Source: a virus | Length of the DNA stretch: 64,000 nt | IMG/VR virus record: IMGVR_UViG_3300028591_000173 | Coordinates: 4,799-68,798 of that record | Reading direction: 5' to 3' (one strand) | Part shown: positions 28,313 to 37,686 of the stretch, in pieces | Position numbering within the stretch: position 1 is the first letter of the stretch | How the letters are laid out: the number at the start of each line of letters is the position of its first letter | Notes under the pieces: generated by a model | Database searches by the model: none | Told to the model about the DNA's origin: nothing | The model's input: only the letters and a program-made list of their open reading frames with translations | Program-made: the position numbers and the translations under genes

Positions 28313-28783
28313 ATGGAAATGAACAGAACTAAATTCATCAAGATACTGGATTCGCTGTCTCAGCACGCATTCAGCGTAAAGATCGGGGAGGAGGAGTTCA
28401 ACACGTACAGCCCCCTCTTCAAAAAGCATCTGGATAAGTCGATCGAGATCATCAAGGCGCATGACGAGGAGTGGAAGAAAGAGCAGGAAGCGAAGCCTCT
28501 CCTATGGGTCTTCATCAAGGAGCTGCAGAGGACGACGCCGGGGCATTATACCTTCAAGATCGGAGGCGGCGAGAACGAGCTCACCTTCAAAGACACCCAG
28601 CTCCCCTTCTTCGCGGGAAGCAAGCTGATGGAGGAGAACGTCGCCGTCTCGAGCAAAATCGTGAAGACGAAGCAAGGCTGGTACGGGAACCAGGCCCAAT
28701 ACGACTACCCGGAATACGAATGCACGATCGTCATAGACGACGCGGGGAAATACGACAATGTCAAGCGTGAAGCCACCGAATAA
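28313..28783 (+). CDS. hypothetical protein
   Basis: 156-aa ORF. Confidence 0.5.
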   Translation: MEMNRTKFIKILDSLSQHAFSVKIGEEEFNTYSPLFKKHLDKSIEIIKAHDEEWKKEQEAKPLLWVFIKELQRTTPGHYTFKIGGGENELTFKDTQLPFFAGSKLMEENVAVSSKIVKTKQGWYGNQAQYDYPEYECTIVIDDAGKYDNVKREATE

Positions 28784-29111
28784 GCTCGAGCACGACGTCC
28801 AGAATGAGATAAGGCTGTGGTGCGGGGAGCACGACATCCTCGCCATACGCCACAACGTCGGGAAATTCAGGGCCCTCAACAATCCTGAGAGGATAGTGGA
28901 CGCCGGCCCGCCGCCGGGCTGGCCCGACCTCGAGCTCATCGACAACAACGGCCACTCCATCTACTGCGAATGCAAGACGAAGGGCGGAAGGGTCAGAGAA
29001 GACCAGAAGAAGGTCCACGCGGTGCTGAGGGCAAGGGGCAAGATCGTCATCGTCCCGAAGAGCCTCGAGGAGTTCATCAAGGAGATAAGCAAGTATGAAT
29101 GGTTCAAATAA
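28758..29111 (+). CDS. VRR-NUC domain nuclease (PD-(D/E)XK)
   Basis: GWPDLEL ... CECKT ... Q motif. Confidence 0.65.
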   Translation: MSSVKPPNKLEHDVQNEIRLWCGEHDILAIRHNVGKFRALNNPERIVDAGPPPGWPDLELIDNNGHSIYCECKTKGGRVREDQKKVHAVLRARGKIVIVPKSLEEFIKEISKYEWFK

Positions 29112-29403
29112 CAGCATAGTGTTCGGGAAGACCACCATCGCGAACGCCAAGATCAAATTCACCCAGTCCGGCATAGGCGAGGACGGGTCCATGTCTGTGC
29201 AGATCGGGTTCGAGCTGCCTGAGGGCAAGACGGCCCTGACGGGCAAATTCGCCTTCGACTGCGCCAAGACCAAGGATATCCTGAACGTCCTCGAGCTGAG
29301 GAACTGGGAGGAGCTCCCGAAGAAATACGCGAGGGTCGAGATCGTCGGCGGGAAGGTCGTCGCGGTCGGCAACATCCTCAACGAAAGATGGGTGAGGCTG
29401 TGA
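29095..29403 (+). CDS. hypothetical protein
   Basis: 102-aa ORF. Confidence 0.5.
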   Translation: MNGSNNSIVFGKTTIANAKIKFTQSGIGEDGSMSVQIGFELPEGKTALTGKFAFDCAKTKDILNVLELRNWEELPKKYARVEIVGGKVVAVGNILNERWVRL

Positions 29404-29834
29404 AAGACGAGCTGAACCGATGCGGCATATTCCTTCAGGACGTCTTCATGCTGGACTACTACGGCATAAAGACGTTCTTCCAGGTATGCGGCACGACGAA
29501 GGAGACCGTATTCCTCATCGAGCTAGCCGTCAGGGAGACGGAGCAGGGCGTGATGATCAGGGTGCCTATGAAACCATCCAGGAAGCCACGTGTCATCCTC
29601 AGGGACAACACCCCGACGAAAAGCAGGTACGAGGTCACCCCGGCGAAGCTCAACGGAAAGGATTATTGGCTTCCGATACGCATAGATCCGGGCGACCCGC
29701 TCAACAGCGAGGCGAAGAGGTACGAATCGGACCCAATATGCGGATACGCGTACGCGATTCCTATTAAAGATGTGCTGAATAAGTACTGGGAAAAGCCGAA
29801 AGACAACAGAAAGCCCAAGGCTAATTGGGCATAA
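29388..29834 (+). CDS. hypothetical protein
   Basis: 148-aa ORF. Confidence 0.5.
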   Translation: MGEAVKDELNRCGIFLQDVFMLDYYGIKTFFQVCGTTKETVFLIELAVRETEQGVMIRVPMKPSRKPRVILRDNTPTKSRYEVTPAKLNGKDYWLPIRIDPGDPLNSEAKRYESDPICGYAYAIPIKDVLNKYWEKPKDNRKPKANWA

Positions 29835-29894
29835 AATAACAAAAATCAAAAAAACTTCTTGACAAGTATCAAACGAAAGAGGGAGAATGTAGCC

Positions 29895-30071
29895 ATGAAG
29901 AAAGAGAACAGAATGCTAATCGTCAACATCGGGATCGCGATAGTGCTCGCCGCCGACATCATCTTCTGCGCGACGAAACCGAATCCGGCGACCATCTCGA
30001 TGGTCGTAATGTCGGCCACGGCGTTGGGGATAGGCCTGTATCTCGATCTCAAAGGGAGAAAAAAACGATGA
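29895..30071 (+). CDS. small membrane protein (2 TM), start trimmed to ATG 29895
   Basis: SD gagggag; hydrophobic 58 aa. Confidence 0.45.
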   Translation: MKKENRMLIVNIGIAIVLAADIIFCATKPNPATISMVVMSATALGIGLYLDLKGRKKR

Positions 30072-30400
30072 AGTACGGAGATTACAGGGACGAGCTTCTA
30101 ACCGATGAGGAGATATCCAAACTTCCTGACATGGAGTTCGAATCGGAGAAAGAGGCGAACAAATTCGGGTTCGACCATTTCATCAGCATGCCGAGAGGGT
30201 GGAACGCCTTCCGAAAGAAAAACGGGAAATACGCTTTCAGCTGGTGGAAGCTCACCCACCCCTGGGAAGACGGAATGTGCCCCATGAAAACGCCCAAAGC
30301 CTACGAAAGAATGGGAAAATCGGCGATTTGCCAAAAAAACCCATGCAAATATTGCGATGAGGCATGGAAATGCCCTTACAACAAGGAGAGAACAAAATGA
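30068..30400 (+). CDS. hypothetical protein with C-terminal Cys cluster
   Basis: 110-aa ORF. Confidence 0.5.
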   Translation: MKYGDYRDELLTDEEISKLPDMEFESEKEANKFGFDHFISMPRGWNAFRKKNGKYAFSWWKLTHPWEDGMCPMKTPKAYERMGKSAICQKNPCKYCDEAWKCPYNKERTK

Positions 30401-31164
30401 AGAAAGAAAAGAAAATCTACGCAGCCTCGACCGAATTGGTCCACATCGACATCAATGAGATCTTAGGACACTGCAAAGAGCCTGAATACTGGGAGAGGGA
30501 ATGGACCGTCTTCAAATGCAAGGACTTCGACATCGTGTGGCATCTCACATGGATCAACGTCAGATCAAGAACCTTATCCTCGCGTATCCGCCTCGATTAC
30601 CATGGCAAGAGGAGATGCTGCGGATGGGACTGGAAATTCGACATCTCAAGGGAAGTCGACCTCAAAGATATCCCGCTCAGCCACGAGGAATACAGCCAGG
30701 AGAATTTCGAGAGAAACCTCATTAGCTGCATCATGAAGGCCATCGGCAACCTCGAGAGAAGCATAACGATGGGTACATATGACTACGAGCAGGCCAAATC
30801 GCTCGAGGAGAGCGAGAAGGAAAGGCTTGAGGAGATCGCCATCGCGTTCCTTGACTCCGAGAACGTCAAAAACGAGAGCATCAGGGATGCCTATATCGAG
30901 AAATACGTCAGCGACAACTCCAATTTCAGCTATTGCAAAGCCATCGTCGACGGAGCCGAGAGAAAGTTCTATCCATGCGTCAGGCTATTGGTCTGCAGCT
31001 GGTTCGGCGACGAGAAAGGCTTCAACAAGGAGAAGAACCTCCTCGCGGAAGGCGACAAGAGCAAGGAGAAGATCATCTTCAAGATCTGGAAATCCAGGAA
31101 AAAGCTCGAAAGCCAGAAGTGGCGCGACGAGATGGAGGACAACCTCGAGTCGATCCAAGGCTAG
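30397..31164 (+). CDS. hypothetical protein, start trimmed to ATG 30397
   Basis: SD ggagag 8 nt upstream. Confidence 0.5.
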   Translation: MKKEKKIYAASTELVHIDINEILGHCKEPEYWEREWTVFKCKDFDIVWHLTWINVRSRTLSSRIRLDYHGKRRCCGWDWKFDISREVDLKDIPLSHEEYSQENFERNLISCIMKAIGNLERSITMGTYDYEQAKSLEESEKERLEEIAIAFLDSENVKNESIRDAYIEKYVSDNSNFSYCKAIVDGAERKFYPCVRLLVCSWFGDEKGFNKEKNLLAEGDKSKEKIIFKIWKSRKKLESQKWRDEMEDNLESIQG

Positions 31165-31237
31165 AGGAAAGGGTGATAGGCAGGCTGCCCCATAAAGGCC
31201 TATGCCACCCATCGGGAGAGTTATCCGGTGGGATTAT

Positions 31238-31314
31238 GCTCCATTAGCTCAGCGGTCCAGAGCGGGCGCCTTATAAGCGCTAGGTCGGCGGTTCGAACCC
31301 GTCATGGAGCACCA
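31238..31314 (+). tRNA. tRNA-Ile(TAT): tRNA-Ile (anticodon TAT, reads AUA)
   Basis: acceptor GCTCCAT/ATGGAGC, TAGCTCAGCGG, anticodon loop CTTATAA, T loop TTCGAAC, A73, CCA. Confidence 0.7.
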
Positions 31315-31319
31315 AAAAA

Positions 31320-31440
31320 CGCTGCAAAAGACAGAGCTGGTGCATTTGGTAAAAGTCAGTTCCCAGAGAGTAAGAGCCCCTCGTCAAGCAAACTGATATG
31401 CTAGAGAGGCCAAGGCGGTTCGATTCCGCAAGCAGCACCT
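31320..31440 (+). ncRNA. tRNA-like element: T arm GGCGG-TTCGATT-CCGCA + acceptor-like GCTGC/GCAGC, with ~40 extra nt; degenerate or insertion-containing tRNA?
   Basis: T-loop consensus at 31419-31425; 5' GCTGC (31321) complementary to 3' GCAGC (31433-31437); no clean cloverleaf. Confidence 0.25.
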
Positions 31441-31474
31441 ACAGAAAGTCATTCGCACAACAAGGAGGAAAAGA

Positions 31475-32608
31475 ATGATCAGAGCAATTTTATTCGCGGT
31501 ATTCATCGTGCTCATGCTCGCCGCGATCGCCGTAGCAGCCTACGGCGGATGGAAGTGGTACGCATCGCTTGAGGAGGAACCGAAGAAGAAGACCTACGGG
31601 TTCTACGAGCCTGGCGTAAAGCCGGAAGAAGCCCCAAAGAAACCTAAGAAAGGCCTCTTCGTGGCAGGCTTGTTCGCCTTCATCGCGTCCGTCGCCCTCA
31701 CCGTATTCGTGCCGGGCAGCGTCCATCAGGTCGACACAGGAACAGTGGCCGTCGTAAGGCATCTCGGCAAAATCGTCGACATGAGGCAGCCGGGAACCTA
31801 TTTCGACTTCTACATGACGAACCATTACGAGACCTACGACACCAAGGTCCAGCAGGTCGAGATCGTCACCGCCGCGTATTCCCGCGACGGGCAGACGATG
31901 GAGCTTGAGGTCTTCCTTCAGTACAAGGTTCAGAGCGACCATATCATGGACATCGCCACCCAGTACGGAAGCCTCGACGCATTGCAGTCCCGCATCGAGA
32001 CGCAGACCATCGAGAAGACCAAAGCGGTCATGTCCAGCGACATCGCCATGAACATCATCCAAAACAGACCGCAGTTCTCCAATGACGTCAGCGAGGCTGT
32101 CAGAGCCGGCATCTCAGATGACTACTTCGTCGATGTCAAAGACGTCGTCCTCACCAACATCGATTTCACAGATGAATTCGAGCGCTCAGTCGAGGCCAAG
32201 GTCATCGCCGAGCAGGAAAAGCAAGCCGCCGAGACCAGAGCCAACGCAGAGGCGGAAGTCGCCAGGATCAAAGCCGAGGCGGAGAAGACCGTCGCGCAGA
32301 TCGAGGCGGAGAAGAGGGTCATCGAGGCCGAAGCCGATGCCGAGGTCGTGAGAATCGCCGCCGAGGCTGAGGCGAAAGCCGCCGTCGCCAAGATCGTCGA
32401 GCTTGCCAAGACCATCGGGTTCAACGTCATCGAGAACGAGGATGGATACGTCATCGAGTTCGACGCGATCCACACCGAGCAGATGTTCAGGGAAGCCGTC
32501 GAGGAATACCTCGAATACCTCGCTTATCTCGAGAAATGGAACGGCGAGCTCCCACAGGTCGTCTCAGGCGACGATGCCGTAAGCATCATCATCCCGAACG
32601 GCAACTAA
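31475..32608 (+). CDS. SPFH/band-7 (HflK/C-, prohibitin-like) membrane protein with coiled-coil Ala/Glu-rich region
   Basis: N-terminal TM pair; VDTGTVAVVRHLGKIVD...PGTYF SPFH core; AEAEAKAA repeats. Confidence 0.75.
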   Translation: MIRAILFAVFIVLMLAAIAVAAYGGWKWYASLEEEPKKKTYGFYEPGVKPEEAPKKPKKGLFVAGLFAFIASVALTVFVPGSVHQVDTGTVAVVRHLGKIVDMRQPGTYFDFYMTNHYETYDTKVQQVEIVTAAYSRDGQTMELEVFLQYKVQSDHIMDIATQYGSLDALQSRIETQTIEKTKAVMSSDIAMNIIQNRPQFSNDVSEAVRAGISDDYFVDVKDVVLTNIDFTDEFERSVEAKVIAEQEKQAAETRANAEAEVARIKAEAEKTVAQIEAEKRVIEAEADAEVVRIAAEAEAKAAVAKIVELAKTIGFNVIENEDGYVIEFDAIHTEQMFREAVEEYLEYLAYLEKWNGELPQVVSGDDAVSIIIPNGN

Positions 32609-32621
32609 AAAACAAAAAACG

Positions 32622-32644
32622 GAGCGGGGCATCCCGCTCTTTAT
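32622..32644 (+). terminator. intrinsic terminator GAGCGGG-GCAT-CCCGCTC + TTTAT
   Basis: 7-bp GC stem directly after the SPFH stop. Confidence 0.5.
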
Positions 32645-32727
32645 GGGCCCATGGTTCAAAGGCAGAACGGGCGGCAAAGACCGTCAGACCCGCGTTCGAT
32701 CCGCGGTGGACCCAACTGAAAAAAGAT

Positions 32728-32961
32728 ATGAGAAAGAACGAACGAACGACAAGCAGGATGGAACCGCCCGTCGGAAGGAAAGGCATCCCTGAGATCCGCT
32801 ACAGGATAATCTACAGGAGCCGTTCCGCAGGCAAAATCAAGACGATGGAGGCGACCAAACGCACCATCATGGGGAAAATAGTCGTCATCCGGAAAAAAGG
32901 ATATGCCATAGACGACATAGAGGTATATCAGCCAAAGGAGGGAAAGAACGATGTTCGATGA
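32728..32961 (+). CDS. small basic protein (uncertain)
   Basis: internal ATG of ORF 32536..32961; no clear SD. Confidence 0.3.
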   Translation: MRKNERTTSRMEPPVGRKGIPEIRYRIIYRSRSAGKIKTMEATKRTIMGKIVVIRKKGYAIDDIEVYQPKEGKNDVR

Positions 32962-33202
32962 AAAGAAAAACGAAAAGGATATCTGGGACTTCAAGTCATT
33001 GACCAAAGAGGAGATCCTGGAGCAGGTCAAAAGCGTCAAAAAAGACAGCGCGCGCAATTTGATGGGATGCCTTGAAAGCTGGTACAACCCATATTTCGCC
33101 ATCAGGGAGGCATTCGGCATCGAAACCCTGGAGAAAATGGGCGTCGATGAGCTCAGGGATCTCCTCAAATTGGCAAGCGTCGTCGGGGAAGGGCTCTATT
33201 GA
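32951..33202 (+). CDS. hypothetical protein
   Basis: 83-aa ORF, SD aggaggg. Confidence 0.5.
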   Translation: MFDEKKNEKDIWDFKSLTKEEILEQVKSVKKDSARNLMGCLESWYNPYFAIREAFGIETLEKMGVDELRDLLKLASVVGEGLY

Positions 33203-33203
33203 T

Positions 33204-33941
33204 ATGATATTCAAGATAGACAGAGACCCGAACGACACCGGGCGCGCCATGTTCCTCTCGGACGAGATCGAGATAAAGCCAGGCATCACGTGCATAGTGG
33301 GATGCAACGGCTCAGGCAAGACCACGCTGATGGACCATATCAGGCACCACCTCACCAGAGTCCGCCATGCCAAGGACGTCGGCGAGATCAACCCGTTCAA
33401 GGGCATATTCGGCATGAAAGACGAGGAAACCGACGAGCTCGTGTTCGCATTCGACAAAAACGAGGAATATGCGACCAGCGAGCAAGACGGCATCATGGGC
33501 AGGCTGTGCAGGTACATGGAATCCACGGGCGAGGGCATCATCTCCCGCCTGGGGCATGGCATACCCCTCCTCGGGAAAGCGTTCGGCGACAAGAGGAACG
33601 AAGGCAAGAAAGCCTATCTGTTCCTCGACGACCTCGACGCAGGCACGAGCATAGACATGATCTCCGAGATAAAGGAAACGCTCGGATTCATAGCTCAAAA
33701 CGCCAAAGAACACGGGATCGAATGCCATATAATCGTCTCGGCGAATTCGTATGAGATGTGCAGAGGTGTGAGATGCGTCGACGCGAACACGTTCGAGGAA
33801 TGGAGGTTCGACGATTACGAAGGATACAGAAAACTGGTCCTGGACAGCAGAAAAAGAAAGGAAAAGGCGATTATCCAAGCCGAAAAGCGTATCATAAAGG
33901 GTGAAAAGAAACGGAAACCCAAGGAGAGGAAGCATGAATAA
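33204..33941 (+). CDS. ABC/AAA_21-type P-loop ATPase (Walker A GCNGSGKT, Walker B LFLDDLD)
   Basis: track ORF 33072 trimmed to ATG 33204 after stop 33202. Confidence 0.6.
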   Translation: MIFKIDRDPNDTGRAMFLSDEIEIKPGITCIVGCNGSGKTTLMDHIRHHLTRVRHAKDVGEINPFKGIFGMKDEETDELVFAFDKNEEYATSEQDGIMGRLCRYMESTGEGIISRLGHGIPLLGKAFGDKRNEGKKAYLFLDDLDAGTSIDMISEIKETLGFIAQNAKEHGIECHIIVSANSYEMCRGVRCVDANTFEEWRFDDYEGYRKLVLDSRKRKEKAIIQAEKRIIKGEKKRKPKERKHE

Positions 33942-34428
33942 GATTCTTATATTAGAGACCAAGAGATGCGACACAAGAGCCCTTCCCAAAGGCGAGAAGC
34001 TCAAGGAAGAGGACGTCAGGATCGACACCAAGAGGCATATCTACGCCGTTATCGAGGCCTATAAAGCCCTGACCGAGCATGGCGTGGAGCAGGCCAAGAA
34101 ACACGACCACACCAAGCTCGAAGACCTCAAAGGGTTCACCGATGCGCTCAACACCAGGGCGGTCGGGGCTGAATTCAAGAAGCACCCATGGTGGAAGAAG
34201 CACATGACCGAGAGGCACCACCTCAACGACAGCGTCCCGGACGACGTCAACCTCCTCGATGTGCTCGAGATGGTATGCGACTGCGTCTGCGCCGGCATGG
34301 CCAGGACGGGGGAGGTCTATCCGGTCGAGATCAAGCCCGAGGTGCTCAAGAAAGCGGTGGCCAACACCGCCGAGCTCCTGAAGAAGAACATCAAGGTCGC
34401 CAAGCGCAAGGAAGGGACAGGCCGTTAA
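33934..34428 (+). CDS. hypothetical protein
   Basis: SD aaggagagg; 164 aa. Confidence 0.5.
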   Translation: MNKILILETKRCDTRALPKGEKLKEEDVRIDTKRHIYAVIEAYKALTEHGVEQAKKHDHTKLEDLKGFTDALNTRAVGAEFKKHPWWKKHMTERHHLNDSVPDDVNLLDVLEMVCDCVCAGMARTGEVYPVEIKPEVLKKAVANTAELLKKNIKVAKRKEGTGR

Positions 34429-34496
34429 CGAGCGTTCCGACGGGCCCATGATGGGGCGCTGTCGTGGATAAAAAACAAAGAAAGGAATCCAAAAAG

Positions 34497-34847
34497 ATGG
34501 AAAAGAAAATCAAGGTATTCATCAGCCAGCCGATGAACGGAAAACCGGGCTGGGAGATCGAGAAAGTGCGCGAGGAACTCATCGAATTCGCCAAAACAAA
34601 AGTAGGCGACAACATCGAAGTCATCGATAGCTACTTCAAAGGCGCGCCACACGAGGCAAAACCGCTCTGGTTCCTTGGCAAATCATTTGAATTGCTCTCA
34701 ACCGCCGACGTCGCCATCTTCGCGAAAGGATGGAATGAGACCAGGGGCTGCATGATGGAACACAAAGCCTGCGAAGCCTACGGAATCAAGGCCTATGAGT
34801 ATGGAAACCCGGTCCAGCAAGGCAACATCGGTAAAGTGCTTGCATGA
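34497..34847 (+). CDS. DUF4406 / nucleoside 2-deoxyribosyltransferase-like protein (motif GWNETRGCMMEHKACEAYG)
   Basis: track ORF 34464 (GTG) trimmed to ATG 34497. Confidence 0.5.
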   Translation: MEKKIKVFISQPMNGKPGWEIEKVREELIEFAKTKVGDNIEVIDSYFKGAPHEAKPLWFLGKSFELLSTADVAIFAKGWNETRGCMMEHKACEAYGIKAYEYGNPVQQGNIGKVLA

Positions 34848-34863
34848 GGATAGGGACCAGCAA

Positions 34864-35316
34864 ATGAAGAAAGAGCACACCTACAAGATCATGCACAAGT
34901 ACCTCAAGAGGCCACAGCTCCTCGAGAGGTTCGGATTCGCGCCATTCACCGACGAAAACGGCGAGACCGTCATAGCGAAGCCCCTCAGGCTGCCGCTAGA
35001 CTGCGGGATAGTCAAGAACACCAAGAGGCTGTTCGAGGTCTTCCGCAGGGACGCGACCGACGAGGAGAAGGCCGAGGATTTCAAGGATTTCCGATTCAAC
35101 GAGGACGGCACCGTCGTGGTCACGCCCGAGATGGAGAAGGAATGGACGGAATGCCAGCTTTGCTTCTATCCGGAAGGGGTCGGCAAGAACCAGCTCTTCA
35201 TAAACGCCCCGGACCACAACCAGTACTTCAACAAGCTGGTCCTGGACGAGTGCGCGAAGGCCGACGTCGAGACGCTCCTCGCCAACAAGGTCATATACAA
35301 GTCGCTCGTGAGATGA
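34864..35316 (+). CDS. hypothetical protein
   Basis: internal ATG of ORF 34795..35316. Confidence 0.45.
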   Translation: MKKEHTYKIMHKYLKRPQLLERFGFAPFTDENGETVIAKPLRLPLDCGIVKNTKRLFEVFRRDATDEEKAEDFKDFRFNEDGTVVVTPEMEKEWTECQLCFYPEGVGKNQLFINAPDHNQYFNKLVLDECAKADVETLLANKVIYKSLVR

Positions 35317-35324
35317 CGATCCAA

Positions 35325-35366
35325 GGGCCGTTTCCAGCCGAAAGTTGGAAAACCGGCCCTTTTTTT
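35325..35366 (+). terminator. strong intrinsic terminator: GGGCCG...TTTCCA-loop-TGGAAA...CGGCCC + TTTTTTT
   Basis: long GC-rich hairpin followed by a 7-T tract. Confidence 0.8.
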
Positions 35367-35399
35367 GCTATCATATTCCCATAGGCAGGAAGACGCGCA

Positions 35400-36947
35400 G
35401 TGAGGACCGACATTTTCACAGAAGAGAACGGCGTAAGGGACTTCGACGTACAGAAGATATTCGGCAAAGGCTACAACAACGGCCTCTTTTTCAATTTCAA
35501 GGGGAGATACCGCTTCTATGTCGGCTCCCGTTCGTCCAAGAAATCCCAGAACATGCTTGGGTATGAGCCGATACTCAAGATCCTCTCCGACCCGAGGAGG
35601 AACATCGTCATGTGCCGTCAGAACGATGTCGACAACAAGAATTCCACGTACGCGAACCTCATAAAATGCATAGAGGATCTGGGCCTCACATCCGAATTCG
35701 CCATAAGGAAGCAGCCGCTTGAGATCGAATACAAGAGGACCGGGCAGATGATAGTCTTCAAAGGCCTCAACAACCCTACCAGCATCACCTCGTCCAAATT
35801 CCCGCATGGCGAGCTTACGGACATCTACATAGAAGAGGCCTACGAATGCCAGAATTATGACGATTTCCTCAAGCTCGACGGCTCCCTCCGCGTCAGCGGC
35901 GAGCTTGCCAAGGAGATAGGCATACAGATAACCTGCGTCATGAACCCATGGTCCCCGGACCATTGGATCTTCACCGAGATATTCAGGGGAAGGCTCGAGC
36001 CGACCGAGGAATACATGGAGACCCACAAATACGACGATTACAGGGACGACGACTACGTCGGGCCTTTCGGCAAGGGCCTCTACCTCCACCAGTCCAACTA
36101 CAAGATCAACGAATTCAGGGACAGGGAGAGCTGGGATCCCGCGGCCGAGCAGATGAAGAAGAGGTCGCCTGAGCTCTACAAGCCGAACTTCCTCGGGCTT
36201 TTCGGGGCCACCACCGGCCTCGCCTACCCGGAATTCTCCACGGCCTGCTACGTCACCGCCCAGGAAGTCATGTCCATGACCGACATAACCGAATTCGCCA
36301 TAGGCATCGACACCGGCCTCTCAAACGGCGAGGGCAAGAAGATAACCATAAAGAAGGGCGAGGACCCGGACCTGAAGATTCGCTCCGCCACGACCATGTC
36401 GCTCGTGGGCGTCACGAGGGATTTCGGCAAGGTCATCGTCGTCGACGAGTACTTCCACTCGAACGACATGTCCTCCAACCAGACCAACACCGACAACAGG
36501 GAGAGCCTGAAGCACCCTGAGCTCATAAAGCAGTGCATCCTCTACATATCGAAGTGGATCGACAAGTACGGGAGGAACCAGACCAAGGGCAACCTGCTCA
36601 TGAAAGGCACGATAAACGTCTACGTGGACAACGCCGACATAGCCACCATACAGGGCCTCGAGATGGAGCTCAGAAGGGTGGGCCTGTTCAACGTCAACGT
36701 GATGGGCTGCACCAAGAAGAGCATCCAGACCCGCGTCGACTTCACGAGGATCCTGATGAGCTACGACTCGTTCAAGATATGCGCCGAGAACTGCCCGAAC
36801 GGCATCAGGGAGTACAAGGCCGCGAGGAAAGGCGAGAAAGGCGAGCCGAGGGCCCCTGGCAACGACCACTACATCGACAGCTGCGACTATGCGTGGGCCC
36901 CATTCTGCACAGAGCTGACCCTCTGGAAATCGTTCAAGGAGCATTAG
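35400..36947 (+). CDS. terL: terminase large subunit (ATPase + nuclease)
   Basis: 515 aa; deviant Walker A VGSRSSKKS, Walker B DIYIEEAYE, nuclease motifs GIDTG / VDEYFH; GTG start with SD aggaag. Confidence 0.75.
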   Translation: MRTDIFTEENGVRDFDVQKIFGKGYNNGLFFNFKGRYRFYVGSRSSKKSQNMLGYEPILKILSDPRRNIVMCRQNDVDNKNSTYANLIKCIEDLGLTSEFAIRKQPLEIEYKRTGQMIVFKGLNNPTSITSSKFPHGELTDIYIEEAYECQNYDDFLKLDGSLRVSGELAKEIGIQITCVMNPWSPDHWIFTEIFRGRLEPTEEYMETHKYDDYRDDDYVGPFGKGLYLHQSNYKINEFRDRESWDPAAEQMKKRSPELYKPNFLGLFGATTGLAYPEFSTACYVTAQEVMSMTDITEFAIGIDTGLSNGEGKKITIKKGEDPDLKIRSATTMSLVGVTRDFGKVIVVDEYFHSNDMSSNQTNTDNRESLKHPELIKQCILYISKWIDKYGRNQTKGNLLMKGTINVYVDNADIATIQGLEMELRRVGLFNVNVMGCTKKSIQTRVDFTRILMSYDSFKICAENCPNGIREYKAARKGEKGEPRAPGNDHYIDSCDYAWAPFCTELTLWKSFKEH

Positions 36948-36977
36948 GATAGGATACGCGTCCTATCCTTTTTTTTA
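36946..36977 (+). terminator. intrinsic terminator AGGATAGGA-loop-TCCTATCCT + TTTTTTTT
   Basis: 9-bp perfect stem + 8-T tract. Confidence 0.8.
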
Positions 36978-37000
36978 TTATAAAAAGTGTTAATTGGCAC

Positions 37001-37030
37001 TTGACTTTTCATATCGTTCATGAGTAGAAT
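37001..37030 (+). promoter_or_regulatory. sigma70-like promoter TTGACT-N18-TAGAAT
   Basis: hexamers 37001-37006 / 37025-37030. Confidence 0.55.
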
Positions 37031-37060
37031 ATCGGAGAAGAACGAAGAAGGGGGAGACCA

Positions 37061-37267
37061 ATGGGCAACACGATCGACAAAAACAAGCTATTGAGCCATC
37101 TCTCGAAGAAACTGGAAGACCTCCGCAACGAGCGCATCATGCACCTCGAGAGGGGGATGGACAGATTCGTCGAGCAATGCGACGCCGAGATAACCGCGTA
37201 TTCGGAGATGAAGGCGGCGGTCATAAAAGGCGAATTCGACGCAACGGAGGAGGAAAGCGGATCATGA
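37061..37267 (+). CDS. hypothetical protein
   Basis: 68-aa ORF, SD gggggag. Confidence 0.5.
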   Translation: MGNTIDKNKLLSHLSKKLEDLRNERIMHLERGMDRFVEQCDAEITAYSEMKAAVIKGEFDATEEESGS

Positions 37268-37686
37268 TGAGGATATCCGAATATCTCAGCCAAAACCCGC
37301 TCTGGAAGGCCAAAATGCGCCTGAGCAGCCTCCATATGGACCTCGAGACGATGCCGAAAGACACCCCGATCTACATCGCCGGGACCTTCGGGCCGCAGGG
37401 GAAAAGAACCCTCAAAAAGCTCCTTGAGAAAAACGGCTTCACAGCCGTCAAGGGGTATTATGACACCCATAAGGAGGCCATCGACGACGCCGGGAGGATC
37501 ATGACCTTGATCAAGAAGTCCGGGAAGGAATACACGGAGGCGGATTTCAAGGCCGCCTACTGGAAGCGCCTGGACAAAAGGGACGCCTACTACAAAGAGG
37601 AATACGCGAAGAACGGGATCGTCGTGGATTTCGGGCAAAGGACGCTCCGACAGATCCGCGAAGAGCTGAAGGAGATGCCAATATGA
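37264..37686 (+). CDS. hypothetical protein
   Basis: internal ATG of ORF 37177. Confidence 0.5.
   Translation: MMRISEYLSQNPLWKAKMRLSSLHMDLETMPKDTPIYIAGTFGPQGKRTLKKLLEKNGFTAVKGYYDTHKEAIDDAGRIMTLIKKSGKEYTEADFKAAYWKRLDKRDAYYKEEYAKNGIVVDFGQRTLRQIREELKEMPI

Noticed and set aside
32536-32727. N-terminal part of ORF 32536..32961
   Set aside because: It overlaps the SPFH gene and its terminator. Only the downstream small ORF from ATG 32728 was kept, at low confidence.
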